Positions 13,417 to 26,234 of a stretch of DNA of 64,000 nt are shown here, piece after piece. The notes under the pieces are model-generated. The model searched no databases. It was not told where the DNA came from and saw only the letters and a list, made by a program, of their open reading frames with translations. How positions within the stretch are numbered: the first letter of the stretch is position 1; every line of letters starts with the position of its first letter. The translations under genes and the position numbers were made by a program. The stretch is from positions 1,302,001 to 1,366,000 of the forward strand of contig OY253671.1 in the NCBI GenBank assembly GCA_958009085.1, given 5' to 3'. The DNA is from Protoeuglena noctilucae (lineage: Eukaryota).

Positions 13417-14621
13417 TCACCGGTAGTCCCTGACCATCTCAAAGCGCTCGAAGCGGTTGTTGCCGAGCGGAAGGCCCCCAGTGATGATATTGTAGACCCT
13501 GGGTCGCGTCGTCGGCCTACCACATGCCCCGCTCCTCTGCTCGTTCACTGCGCGGAGGGGAGGCTGGCGCCGACGTGTGCTCGCCCTTGCTGGCCACGTC
13601 GGTCGTCCACGCGACTGCCCCGCCGCCGCTCACCGTTGCGTGGGCCGGCCTTGGCTGAGAACTCCAGCCCAGAGGTCGTGGACAGCTCTCGGTAGCCGTA
13701 CTCGAGCAACGCGTCCCCCTGGGGTACCTTCGCATCTGCGAAACATGGCACCGGGCCGACGCTTGGCTTCCGACCCCAGCTGCCTTCGCACAGTGGTCGA
13801 TGGTGTGTACGGTGACGCTCACCCCTGTTGCGCCCGGTCAGCTGGCTGCGGATGTTCTGCTCCCGAACGCGGGCCTCGAAGTCAATCTGCACGTGCCGAG
13901 AGTGGGGTGCATCACGCCTGGATGGTACCACGCAAAGGGGACCCATCGGCAGCACCGCCATGCGCCTCGTCCGTCCTGTGCCTCGCCTTTTGCACCCTCT
14001 TATACGGCACGGCACCCTCGATCGCCTCTCTGCTGAAGTCTTGCCGCGACTGGGACAGGAACGAGTTGCCGTCTGTCCCTTTAGGCAGGCCCTGACCGCG
14101 GTAAGGGGCCTTGGCCGGCTCCTTGCGGTAGTCGTGAGCCTTGAAGCACCGTCGGCTCTCGGACACGCCGGACAGGGTGGCCCTGTGGCATGAGGAGGGC
14201 GGTCGTGCTGCTGATGGGACGGCACAGGGGTGAGCAGCACATGCACCGCCCGCACCGCATGTCACCCGTACAGGTCGGGTGCAGCCATGGACCAGTCAGT
14301 TTGCAGGACAAAGGAGCCGGAGCCATTGGGCTTGGAGTTTAGCGGAAGGCCTGCCCGGGTGGGCGACAAAGGAGCCGGAGCCATTGGGCTTGGAGTTTAG
14401 CGGAAGGCCTGCCCGGGTGGGCGGGTGCGCGGGGTCGACCCGTGGCCGCGGTCGGTCCACTCTGCGGGGAAATGTGCGATGGCTCGCGCGCCCTGTCACA
14501 GCAGTGGGAAGCGCCGCAGCGCCCTGAGCATCATCTCTTACTGATGTGCGTCATGGGCGAGGTCCGCGTACGCCTTCTTGTGGAAATCGGGGCGAATATC
14601 GGTGTCGACCAGCTTCCGCAT
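13417..14621 (-). CDS. Hypothetical protein, possibly flagellar/microtubule-associated; exon 2 carries a 58-bp duplication; 3' end uncertain (may extend to 13278)
   Basis: Exons splice into MRKLVDTDIRPDFHKKAY...SFVLQTDW...RCFKAHDYRKEP...SFLSQSRQDF...YNIITGG, but only if one copy of the 58-bp repeat is removed. YNIITG-type and SxSxxDF-type motifs resemble axonemal proteins (inference). Confidence 0.5.
14307..14422. repeat. Perfect 58-bp tandem duplication (2 copies)
   Basis: gacaaaggagccggagccattgggcttggagtttagcggaaggcctgcccgggtgggc occurs at 14307 and 14365. Confidence 0.95.
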
Positions 14622-15044
14622 CCGGCCCGGCGCGGGCACTCCGCCCCACCCGCGGCTGTCGCGGCAGGAGGATTGCGAGGAAGGCAGGGCTGAGGGATAC
14701 GCTATGTTTGCTTCACTCCAGCTCGCACTCGTGGGCGCTCATGCACGCAGCATGTGAACGCCCTCCAGCGTCGGGTCTCGCACGCCACAGCACAAACGAA
14801 GGGCGCAGCGCCTTGAGGGTTTGTACAAGACACAGACGCGCTGGCCCAATGACGGCCGCGTCGACTCGCGGATGACACAGAGAGTCGGGCACACGGGACT
14901 GACTTGACTCCGACGGCCAGAAGCCTCCCCCTCGGCCACTTTTTTGTGGAAAACATCGCTGTCGTTGGCCCTCGCCACGGACGGCACCTGAGCTTCCGCC
15001 GGAGACAGGCTGGTCGGCGACGAACTCGTCTGGGGCCCAGCGAA

Positions 15045-17565
15045 ATGAGCGGCAAGTCCAACCAACGCGGCAAAGTGCCTCATGTGGAACCGCCCGTCAA
15101 GCGCGAGAAGGCGCTGTCGGTGGGCGAGCAGCTCATGTCGAGCGTCTCGCGGGCGGGGGAGATTGTCCGCACCAACTCGGAGAAGGCCAGGGAATTCATG
15201 AGCAAGCTGAAGACGAAGGCGCCGCTGCACCCTCCCTTCGCGTCCATCACCACGTCCGTGTCGGCGCTCCTCCACCGGGCGGCGAGCCACCTCACCGCCT
15301 CGAGCAGCGCCGGCCTCGCCGGCCCAGCGGCATCGCAGGTGACGACACGCCTCGAATCGCTCTCGTCACCGCGCCCCCCACGCGACGCGCGGGGAGGCGG
15401 CGCCGGATAGCCACAAGCCTGCTCCCCGGCTCGCGTGCCGTTGTCGGCACGATGCGCGCATGTGGGGTGTCCATTCTCTGGCATTGCGCTTTTTGACTTC
15501 ATGGGCACCCATGCATCCTCCTCGCAGGGCCGCGGGGGGGCGGGTAGCGCGACGGCTAGCCGCCCACTGCTCTTCGCCTCCATTAGTCTGGCAGGGGAGA
15601 AGGGCGGCGCCGAGCTGACGCATGAGATGGAAAAGAAGGTCATGAAGCTGATGGAGGAGCTCACGCCGGAGGAGCGCACGCAGGTGAGGCTCGCGGTCAC
15701 GATGGTGCCGTGTTCGGGTGCGGAGGGCCGGCGCAGACTCCGCGGTCCTCTGGCGCCCATGCCTGGCGACCCGGGCTCTGTTGGGGCGATATGGCTTTGC
15801 GGGGACGGCACTCGGCGTTCGAGCGCGGGTCCGCTGCGCCCCTTCCTTCGCTTCTCCGGCCAGCACCGCGCAGTTGCCGTGACGCACCGCCGCGCCTCGG
15901 TTCCCCGCAGCTGCTGGATCTCGTCGAGTATCGAGTTGCCCAGGACACCCCGTTTGACGTCAAGTGGGCCAAGCGGTTTACGGAGCCCAACGGGGACCAT
16001 CCGTTCAAGGACTGCAAGACGTGGGCCGAGTTTTACGAGGCGCGGGAGAAGATGGAGGAGCGCATTCGGCGTGGGTCGGGGCAGAGGACGTTCGCGGGCG
16101 ATAAGGACGCCTACTGGGTGCGGCAAGAGTGAGTGCGGGCGGAAGTGAGCCGGCTCGACGCTCGTCAACGACCCTGCCCGGTCTCTCACCGGCCATCCCC
16201 TATCTTACGCGCCGCAGCCCGCGCTACGCTCTACCGGGGGCAACGGAGGTGGAGCTGCCTCAAGACCTGGAGACCGAGTTGGAACTGCTCATGGTCGGGG
16301 CGGGCACGGTGGATGGCCCGGTGCATCCATGGCTGGCGAGCCTCTATCCGCGCCTGAAGGCCCCGCACGTGGAGGTCGGCATCTACGCCAGGCCCAAGGT
16401 GCGCAGCTACGCTGCTGGGTGCAAGCGCTTGGCTCGTCGCATGGATTGCTGCAGTTCCATTATCCGGGGCTTGCGACCTCTGTGCGCTCACCTCTCGGAT
16501 GCAGGAGATGCAGGACATTTTCAAATCCAAGTACGGCATCACTTCCAAGCGCGCCAAGGTGTCTCCGGGCCCGGAGCTGCCCCAGGAGCTGCTCAACGCG
16601 GCCCCGGCCGTGGAGCTCACGCTATGCGCGTCGGCGGTCCGGGACCTCTCGCTGGCGGAGCTCAAGGAGAAGATCGAGCCGCTGGTGAGCTTGGCGGCTG
16701 TTTCCTTCGATCGCCGACTGCTCCGCATGCACGGGAGCACGGCGCCAGCGTCGATCGCGTTGCTCTCCGCAGATGAAGGAGGCGCTGAAGAAGGACGGCG
16801 CGACCAAGGCGGACATGCGCGCGGCGGACGCCTTCCTTGCGCAGTTCGATCCGAACCTGGTCACGGCCCAGTGGCTGGACAAGCGTGGCACGATTGCCAA
16901 GGGCACCAAGCTCTTTATCTCCACGAGTCCCGAGGGCAACGTCGTGACGGAGGTGAGCTGGGCGGAGAGGGCGGCAGAGCTGCGATGGCGCAGGCCCCGC
17001 TTGTGTGTTGGATAGTGAAGGGTGTGTTTGCGGTTTGACCTGGATGCAGGTCATGTCCCAGGGGCGCCTGGTGGACAAGGGCATGACGTCCTTTGGGGAG
17101 TTTCCGAGCAAAAAGGTCGCAAGGGCGGTGTTTGGGGTCATTCTGGGGGAGCAGAGCTTGTCAGAGCAGTGCAAGCAGTCGGCGCTGTCGGGCGTCTTGA
17201 CCATCACCAACTCGGGGCTGGGCAAGGACGCGAGGAAAGCCGCGGCGCGGAAGGCGGTCGAGGAGAGCATCCCGGCGGTGAGGCGGAGCAGTGACGCGTG
17301 GCGGAGCACGGAGCGAGGCACGTGCGCCCCCTTGCCAGTGTGGCGACCTTTTCGCACGGACTGCGTGCAGATCGAGGACACGGCGTCGCAGATGCTCGAG
17401 CGCCGGCGCCAGGAGGAGTTGGACGCGCAGGAGGGCAAGGAGGGGGGCAAGAAGAGCAAGGCGTCTTTGGGGAAGGGCGGGAAGGGCGCCAAGGCGAAGG
17501 GAAGCGCCGAGGCTCCATCCGATGCATCGAAGGAGGGGCGACGGGTTGTGAAGACTGCCGCTTGA
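15045..17565 (+). CDS. Chalcone-isomerase-fold (fatty-acid-binding protein-like) protein with long N-terminal extension
   Basis: LMVGAGT..HVEVGIYA, VELTLCASAVRDL, IAKGTKLFISTSPEG and FPSKKVARAVFGVILGEQSLSEQCKQS follow the CHI/FAP fold pattern. Lys-rich tail. Confidence 0.65.
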
Positions 17566-17901
17566 GGGCGCCCGGAGCGAGAGCCAACTGACTTGGCTTC
17601 CTGCGCCGCTGTCAGTTCGATAGCTACGCCAGCGCTTGCGGCGGCCAGCGGATTCATGTACTAGCGCAGTCCATTATTAGGCAGAGTGGCTGACGGATTT
17701 TGAAGCGCCAGTGTGTTTCTGTTTCAGTAGGTGCAAGGGAGGGAAAGGTCGTTTAAGGCCCGGCGGCCGCCGCGTGGTTGTTGAGTCTCCACTGCATCAT
17801 CACCCGCTTGTTTCCGTCATCTTCCACCCGGAGCCTAACGGGTGACGTGGACAGGACGCGCCAGCGGGCGCGGCCCTGCGCTGGAGGCTGTCCGCAGGAG
17901 C

Positions 17902-20466
17902 ATGGAGCTCGCCAACGTCACAAGCGATAGCCAGGGTCACAAACGCGACAGCAATGTTTTGAACACATCTGAGCAGGTCAGGGTGTGGGCCGGCGGCCGC
18001 CTGTGACGCGAGGAGCGCGCGCGGGGAAGAACTGGCGTCCCGCCCTCGCAGACCAAGGACGGCCAGCGCTCCAAGCGACAGAAGCAGGACGTGAAGCTCG
18101 CGCGACAGCTGCAGGAGAAGCACCGCATGGGCGCAGTCACCGCGCAGGAGTACCGGGCGGCCGTGGGGGAGGATGCATCGCCGTCTGCCACGGTCAAGTC
18201 CGACGTGGGGCTCTCCTATGCGGACGTCCAGCGCCTTCTCCAGTTCATCTTCGCCAAGGTACGTCGCGGAGTTCGAATGTCGTTGTTACGGGCTCGCTAT
18301 TTGCCGAGAGGTGCGTCGGGAGCGTCGTAGCACAGTGCGCGCAGGGCCCTCCTCCGACGAACCGCTGGGCCGTGCAGCACGCCCCGCTGATCCGGAACGC
18401 CGTCGTGGTCATGTGCTGCGGCGTGTCCATGGCGCTGTACGAGGAGAAGCCCTGGATCATGCAACAGACAGCCGAGTGCATGGGCAAGCCAGTAGAAATG
18501 CTCACTCGCAAGTCGCCATGCACAGGTGCGCACCAGAGGGGGGTTCTAGCTCGCCCACCGGCGCGCGACCCCGTGGCTACCCTGCCTGACGGCGCCCGCC
18601 GCCCCGCCCTGCAGTCTCGTCGGATTGGTTCACGCACGCGCTCTTCAACGTCTCGCCCACGCGGGAGCAGAGCAAGGACGTGAAGGCTCGCCTGGAGCGC
18701 ATGCGGTTCCCGAAACCCATCGACTTCTACGTCGCCTCACTCGACCAGCTAAGGAAGAACCAGTTCCCACTGCCCAACGAGGACGGCACGCTCCCTGAGG
18801 GGTTCCTGTGCACAGAGAGCACGGGAGGGGCCAAGGCCGGCGCGCGGGCGAAGAAGGGCCCGGGGTCCTCCGGGCCCACGCACCGCATCGTGGCGTGCGA
18901 CTGTGAGATGGTGCGATGCGCGTCGGGCCTGGCCCTGGCGCGCCTCACGCTGATGGGGGAGAAGGGGCAGGTGCTGCTGGACGAGTTCGTGCGGCCAGAC
19001 GAGCCGATTCTGGACTACAACACCCGATGGTCGGGGATCACGGGTGAGTGGGGTTGGCGGGGAGGAAACTAGGAGGCATGGGGTACACGGTGACTTACCC
19101 AAGAAGAGTTCACTGCACTTGCAGCGAAGGAGATGGCAGCGGCCAAGATGGGCCTCGAGGAGGCAAGGAAGCGAGTGATGGCGATCGTGTCGGCAGAGAC
19201 AGGCAAGTGGGGCACGCGTGTGCTCAGCATGTGCTATATGCGCCGATACGATCCGACGCTCGTGCAGTGTCGCTCCTTACTCCTCTAGCGCGCCTGCCGC
19301 TGTCCTCTGGAGGGCAGTCGTGCCTGCTTGGGATGCGTAACCGCTTGCTGCCCGAACGTGCCCTGCAGTGCTGGTGGGGCACTCCCTCGAAAACGACCTC
19401 AGGTGCATGCGCATCGTCCACACGCGCGTGATCGACACGTCCCTGCTCTACCCGCACCGGGAGAAGGACCGCAAGAACGCGTTGCGGACCCTCACCTCGC
19501 GTTTCCTGCGTCGCAACATCCAGCAGTCGGACAAGGGACACTCGAGCGTCGAAGACGCGCGGGCCGCCCTCGACCTGGCCCTCAAAAAGGTGCCCCGCTG
19601 CGTTGGGGCGCTTCCTCGTGGCTGCTGTCGTGTGGCACGTCGCATATAGCCCACCCCTTGCTCAGAGAGCGTGACAGGAAACCTTGAGACGACTGACATG
19701 CGTCCGACTGACCCGCAGATCGAGTATGGTCCCGACTACGGCATGCCTGGGATGGACGACAGCAAGCTGAGCCTCGCGACGCTTTTGGAGGAGGGCGGGG
19801 CGGAGCTCACGATCATCGACAGCGCGGAGAACCTTTCGCGGTACCGGGGGAAGTTCCTCGCGGAGAGCCGGGCGAAGGGCGTGGAGTGCACGGACGACAA
19901 GTTAGTGGGGCGGGCCATTCGGGAGGCGTTGGGCGACGCGGGGGCGTTGGACCGGGCGCCGCAGGTGGTGTGGGCGCAGATCGGTCGGGTGTTCGAGACG
20001 CACGTGCAGCAGTCGGAGGAGCGGGTGGATATGGAGGCCGGCACGGTGGCGCCGCTGGGGCAGGAGAGGCATGACAAGCTGTGCCGGCGGGTGGCACGGG
20101 TGGATGCCCGCCTGGCCAAGGTGTGGGAGAACGCGCCGGCGGGGACGCTGGTGCTGGTCATGACGTGCGCGGGGAACACGCCGCTGGTCAGCCGGATGGC
20201 GCGGATAAGGGAGACGACCAAGGGCAAGGTGGGCCGACACAGCCGGTGGGCTGACTCGATGAGCGAGCTCTTAAAACCCTTGCCTCCCTGCGCAGCTTCT
20301 ATCGGTTTTCGACAAAAGCGCCGTGGGACCTCTGAGAGCCCCTCCTTTGTTGCAGGGGATGGATGGCCACGTGCCCTTCGCTTGGTCCATGGATTTGGAA
20401 GCGATGCTGGACGCCGAGAACGCGGCGGCGCAGCGGGGGATGCTGTTCTGTCGAGTGAAGCAGTGA
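17902..20466 (+). CDS. DEDDh 3'-5' RNA exonuclease (REXO1/SDN5-like)
   Basis: ExoI IVACDCEMV, DYNTRWSGIT, ExoII LVGHSLENDL, IDTSLLY, ExoIII GHSSVEDARAALDL. C-terminal W..E...A.RGMLFCRVK. Confidence 0.9.
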
Positions 20467-20655
20467 CGCGGGCCAGTGTGGGCAGAGCTCTGATTGTTCT
20501 GGCAAGCGCAGGTCTCCCGTGTCGGCCGCGTTCTTGTTCCTAAGCCGTTGTGAAACACAGCGATGCGAGATCAGCTCCTGTCGGTTGCAAACAACCTTAG
20601 CATACCTCGGGACCGACATCGCCGCACACGCGACGACGCCGGGGGCTGCTGCACG

Positions 20656-23600
20656 ATGACTGTGGCGGGCCGCAAGCCCCGCACGCTCCACTGCGTGACG
20701 CCGGTGCCTTCGGACATCGACATCGCGCAATCGGTGCCGCCCACGCACATCCGCGAAATCGCCGAGTCGCTGGGCCTGCAGGACGAGGATTACGAGCTGC
20801 ACGGGCGCTACAAGGCTAAGGCGAGCCACGGCGTGGTGAACTCTGGAACAAACCATTTCCAGCGCTTTGCTTTACTACATCCACCGAGCTGGGCGTATCT
20901 GTCGTGCGCTCGCTTGCTTGCGCGCCACGCACAATGCACCTCAATGGCTCACACGCCCGCCCGCCCGCGCGACAACTGCGGGGGACGGATGCAGCGATGG
21001 CCTAGTCACTGCGTTACTTTCAGCGCACGTTATCATGTATGTGCACTGCGTCGGGCTTGGCTTGCGCGATGGTGGCACGTGCGCACGGTGGGAGCTTCCG
21101 CAGACCTGAGATCCGCGCCCCGCTCCTCAAGCGCCTCGCTTCGACATGCACGACGTCTTGCAGATGTTACTTATGCTAATTACTGTGGATCGCGACCGTA
21201 TCTGGTATCGATTACTGATGCAGCGCTGAGCGCCGGACCAGGATTGCCTCGCGCGCAAGGCGCTCTCGCCCCGCGTCGACGCGGCCCGCCCCGCCCTCCC
21301 GGCTCGCAGGTGTACGCGAACCTTACCAAGAAGCTCGAGGGTCGCCCCATCGGCAAGTATGTGGTCGTCGCGGGCATCAACCCGACCCCCCTGGGGGAGG
21401 GCAAGTCTACCACGACGGTTGGGCTGGCCCAAGCCCTCGGCGCGCACCTGGACAAGAAGTGCATCGCTTGCATCCGGCAGCCGTCGCAGGTGAAGCGCGC
21501 GTGGAGCGGGTGGGCCGGCCCAGTCCTAAGATGGCACGCCATGAGCGCACCGCACATGCATGAGACCCGGCGCCTTGGCAAACTCACCCGAGCATCCCAT
21601 CCTCGGTCGGCCGCAGGGCCCCACGTTCGGCATCAAGGGCGGCGCCGCGGGTGGTGGGTACTCCCAAGTCATCCCGATGGAGGAGATGAACCTTCACTTG
21701 ACCGGTGACATCCACGCCATCACGGCCGCCAACAACCTCCTCGCCGCCGCCATCGACGTCCGCATGTTCCACGAGCGGGCCCAGACGGACGATGCGCTGT
21801 TCAGGCAAGGGCCGGGGCCGGGCCCGGCTCACAGCATCGGGCGCTGAGGGGTGCAAGGGTCCGGATGGGGCGTAAGTCACGTCGCCACCCTCTGCTTCCC
21901 AACCCCAGGCGCCTGTGCCCCGCCGAGAAGAACGGCGCGCGCAAGTTCGCCCCCGTGATGCTGCGCCGCCTGGCCAAGCTGGGCATCAGCAAGACGGACC
22001 CGAACGACCTGACGCCTGAGGAGGTGTCGCGTTTCGTGCGGCTGGACATTGACCCGAGCACCATCACCTGGCGCCGCGTGATGGACACCAACGACCGGTG
22101 AGGGAGGCATCTGTCGCAGCGTGGGAGTGCTTAGACGCCGACACGCGTGGGTTGCACCGGCATGGGCTGCTCAGCACACAGACCTGGCCCGGTGTCGTGC
22201 CCCTCAGCTTCCTCCGCGGGGTGACGGTGGGGCAGGGGTCCGAGGAGCGCGGGCAGGACCGCGAGACGGGCTTCGATATCACGGTGGCCAGCGAGATCAT
22301 GGCGGTGCTGGCCCTGGCGTCGGACCTGCGGGACATGCGCGAGCGGCTGGGGCGCATGGTGGTGGCTTCCAGCAAGTCCGGGGAGCCAATCACGGCGGAC
22401 GACCTCGGCGTCGGCGGGGCGCTGACCGTGCTGTGCAAGGACGCCATCCACCCCACGCTGATGCAGACCCTGGAGGAGACGCCCGTGCTCGTGCACGCGG
22501 GGCCCTTCGCCAACATCGGTGAGGCTGCAAACGGGAGCGAGCCTCGTGACAGCCGCAACCGATCCCGAATGGCAGTGTCCGAGCGCACGACGAATGAGCG
22601 TTTCAGTAAACGCTGCGTCACCCTCGCCTGCTCCCCCAGCGCACGGCAACTCGTCTGTGGTGGCGGACCACGTGGCGCTCAAGCTGGTGGGCCAGGACGG
22701 GTACGTGGTGACCGAGGCTGGGTTCGGCGCGGACATCGGCCTGGAGAAGTTCATGAACATCAAGTGCCGGGCGTCGGGGCTCAAGCCCGACGCGTGCGGT
22801 GAGGGGCAGAAGGCGCTGGGCAGGCGCGGGTCCAGTTGTGTCGACTGCCCTGCAAGCATGCGACCCGTCTTGCCCACTCGGGTGCTTCTCATGGTATTTA
22901 TCATGTCAAGAGCGCGCCGCAATGGGAGTCTGCGCCCCACGCAGTGATTGTGGCAACGGTGCGTGCTCTGAAGGTCCACGGGGGTGGGCCCCCGGTGGTG
23001 GCGGGGACGCCGCTGCCCCAGGAGTACAAGGAAGAGAACGTGGAGCTGGTGAAAAAGGTGAGGAATGGACACAGCAGTTGGGGGAGTGGCATTTAGATGG
23101 GGAAGCGTCGGGTGCCCCGACGTGCGGTGTGTGGGCTCGCCAGCACACCCCAGCTGGGAGCCAGAGCCTCGCTCCCGGATGCATCTTGCAGCGCGTGGCT
23201 GGCTGTGCGTCACCACATGCCCACCTTGCTCTTTTGCACTCCGCTGCAGGGCGTGGTGAACTTGGAGCGCCACATCCGCAACACGCGGTCGTTCGGGGTC
23301 CCGGTGGTGGTCGCCGTGAACCGCTTCGCGACCGACACGGACGCGGAGATTGAGGCCGTGATCGCGGCGGCGCGGGCGGCGGGCGCCTCGGACGCCGTCC
23401 TCTGCACCCACCACGCCGAGGGCGGCAAGGGCGCCGTGGCGCTGGGCAACGCGGTGATCAAGGCCTGCCAGGAGGGCACGGCGTTCCGGTTCACCTACGA
23501 GCTGGACCTGAGCATCAAGGACAAGATCGCCGCCATCGCCAAGGGGCTGTATGGCGCGGCCGACGTGTCGTACTCCGAGCAGGCGGAGAAGCAGATCGCG

Positions 23601-24003
23601 CTGTTCGAGGCGCAGGGGTACGGCAGCCTGCCCATCTGCATGGCCAAGACCCAGTACTCCTTCTCGCACGACGCCAGCGCCAAGGTGAGAGGCCGTGGGA
23701 CGGCGGGAGGAGCGGCCAGAGTGGCGAGCGTGGTGGCAGGGTGGATGCAATGTCTTCAGCACGCTGGTGGCTTGGTGTCACTCGGCGACAGAAGCAGCAA
23801 GCGAGCGATGCCTCTGCGCTGGTCTGCAGGGCGCCCCGTCCGGGTTCGTCCTTCCCATCCGCGACGTGCGGCGCTCTGCCGGGGCCGGGTTCGTCTTCCC
23901 GCTCGTGGGAACCATCATGACGATGCCGGGGCTGCCCACGCGTCCGTGCTTCTACGACATCGACATCGACTTCGAGACGGGCAAGGTCGTGGGTCTGTCT
24001 TGA
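20656..24003 (+). CDS. FTHFS: Formate--tetrahydrofolate ligase (10-formyl-THF synthetase)
   Basis: [88 protein letters not shown]. Confidence 0.97.
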
Positions 24004-24335
24004 GTCGACTTTGCAGTCGTCACGCAGGCTGCTAGCAGAGTGCCGCTGTGACAGTTCAAGGCCGAGTGTCAATGCCGGCCGTAGCACACGCATGCGACCT
24101 TAGCAGCGCGGCGTAGAGTGTTCGAACAACGCTGCTGGGTGCGAACTGTCAGCAAATGGCTGCAGCTGGGGGTGCGTGTGGCTGCGTGGGGGCGTAGCGA
24201 CAGCGGCGGCAAGCTCTGCGCAATCATACGCCTACATGGCTGCGCGGGGTGATACCAAAGGACCGACAGGTACGCGCGGGACAGGACAAAAACCCGGCAT
24301 GCGACCGCCCGAGATGGCGCAGCGTCCTTTGCGCC

Positions 24336-25868
24336 TCACGCCTTGCCGTACGTCCGCTTGAGGTACTCGATGATCTCTGAGCTCTCGAACATGCAGACCC
24401 CCTCGTTGGGGTCCTCGAGGAAGGGCGCTAAGAACATGCCCTGCTTCTCAAACAGCTCCTGGCGCTTGGGGCTCCCTCGGGCCGAAGTGCGCCACAGGTG
24501 TGGCAGCTGCATGGCCGACAGCTGCTCGCGCACCACCTTGGTGAAGGGGCTCGCGTCGTAGCCGTACAGCACCTGCAATGGAAATCAGGGCGAGTCTACT
24601 TACGGTCGCTGTCACAGGATACGTCACGGGCAAATTTGCACCCACATCTGCACAGGGCCAGAGACCTTGCGGATGCACTCCCGCCCTCGGCACCCAGGGC
24701 GGCCCTGCCAGGCTGAATGAGCCCTTGGGACCACCGGTACCCTTGCATGTAGTCATCTCACCAGGGGCTCCTTGGGCATGCGGCTCGGCTCGTACATGCT
24801 CCCCTTGCCCATGCGCGCCATCAGGCCGATGCCCACCGAGAGCGTCGTGAGGATGCCCATGCGCAGCATCAGCGGCACGTTGCCGGCGCCGTCCCCGTAC
24901 TTCTCCCACAGGTACCTGCGAGGGGGGTCGCCGACAATGATGCTGTTGGAACGCGAAGCGGCGGGCAAGAGGGCTGTGGTGGTGACCAGTGACAGTGACG
25001 ATGTCAGCACCAGAGAGGCAAGCACGAAGGAGGATGCCTCACTTGATGATTTCGTCGCTCTCGTACATCTTGGCGCCCGTGTTGGGATCGACCAGGTAGG
25101 GGAACATGGACTTGCCGCCCATGGAGACGACCTTGGGGCGGTAGTCGGGGCCGTTGCGGGGGCAGGGGTACATGATGACGTCCAGGTCGAGGATGTTGAT
25201 GGCCTCCCTCACCTGCGGGAATAGGCATGTGTCTGCAGTCGGAGACGCCTCCATGAGCCCATGCAAGCCTCAGCCCGCGTCGACCCGGGTGCAAGGTGGC
25301 ACCTTGCGGCAGAAGGGGCAGCCCTCGAACTCGTACAGCTCGAGGGGCTTGGCGGGGCGCGGGAAGGTCTCGGTCTTTCCCGACTCCACCACCATCTTGC
25401 CGCCCATGCGGAGGACCGAGTACCGCGACGGGTCGTCGTCCGCCAGCGACACCGTATACCCCGCCACGCCGACACCGGTCCCCAGGCGCGGCAGCACGGT
25501 GGCCGCGGCGGTGGAGATGTCGAGGAGCTTCCCGCTGGCAACGGCGAAGCGCCGGGGTGTCGAGCCCGTCAGCTTCAGCTCGATGCGCTTTGGGGCCTCG
25601 TCCGAAGCAGCGCCCTGCGGCTCCGCCGTCGCCGGCTTGCCCGGCTCCTGCGAGCTCGGAAGGGGCGATGATTGGAGACGTGGGCCCAGCACCCAAAGTC
25701 CCACAACCTGGCGAGGGTCCTAGATGATGGCCGGGACCGGCACTGCTCTCGACAATTCCCGACGATACAGCTAGATGCCTGGGACACCGTCGCTGGGATC
25801 TCAGCGTCTTTGCGCGGCCCACGACCTCCCGAGTAGTGGCCCACAGCGCTCAGCACCTGGCTCGCCAT
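24336..25868 (-). CDS. Thioredoxin-fold protein with two GST N-terminal-like domains (probably plastid-targeted)
   Basis: Domain 1: LELYEFEGCPFCRKVRE..YPCPR..FPYLVDPNTG..MYESDEIIKYL. Domain 2: LYGYDASPFTKVVRE..APFLEDPNEG..MFESSEIIEYL. Confidence 0.88.
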
Positions 25869-26234
25869 CCTACGCACAGCCAGCCTGCGTGAGGTTCCCG
25901 GCGATGCTTCTGGTTTCAGATATGCGCTGTTGCGCTTCGGCGAGAGCTTGAGCGCGCTGCTAGGGGCAGCCGAGCAGGCATGCATTGTCCCCTACAATAG
26001 ACAGGCGCGATACAGTCGCACAAACCTCTACAATGTTGCCCTTCCTCGTGACGGGCTGGGAGGGATCAGTCGCACGCGTGAGCTGGCTTTGGCAAGCGTG
26101 TGCTGCACAGTCGGACGCGGCGTCGCGAGCCTCCCGCAACCGTCTGCGACCAGATATATCGTTTTATGGCAACCGAATACACCAAGTGCGAGCGCGTCCT
26201 GAGGCACCCTTGATCCCTGGGGCCGATTTTCCCG

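Noticed and set aside
21060..21240. TPP- or ZTP-like riboswitch in the FTHFS intron (CTGAGA present)
   Set aside because: The remaining conserved riboswitch elements (e.g. the GAACCTGAT..TAAT..GCG.AGG segment of TPP) are absent.
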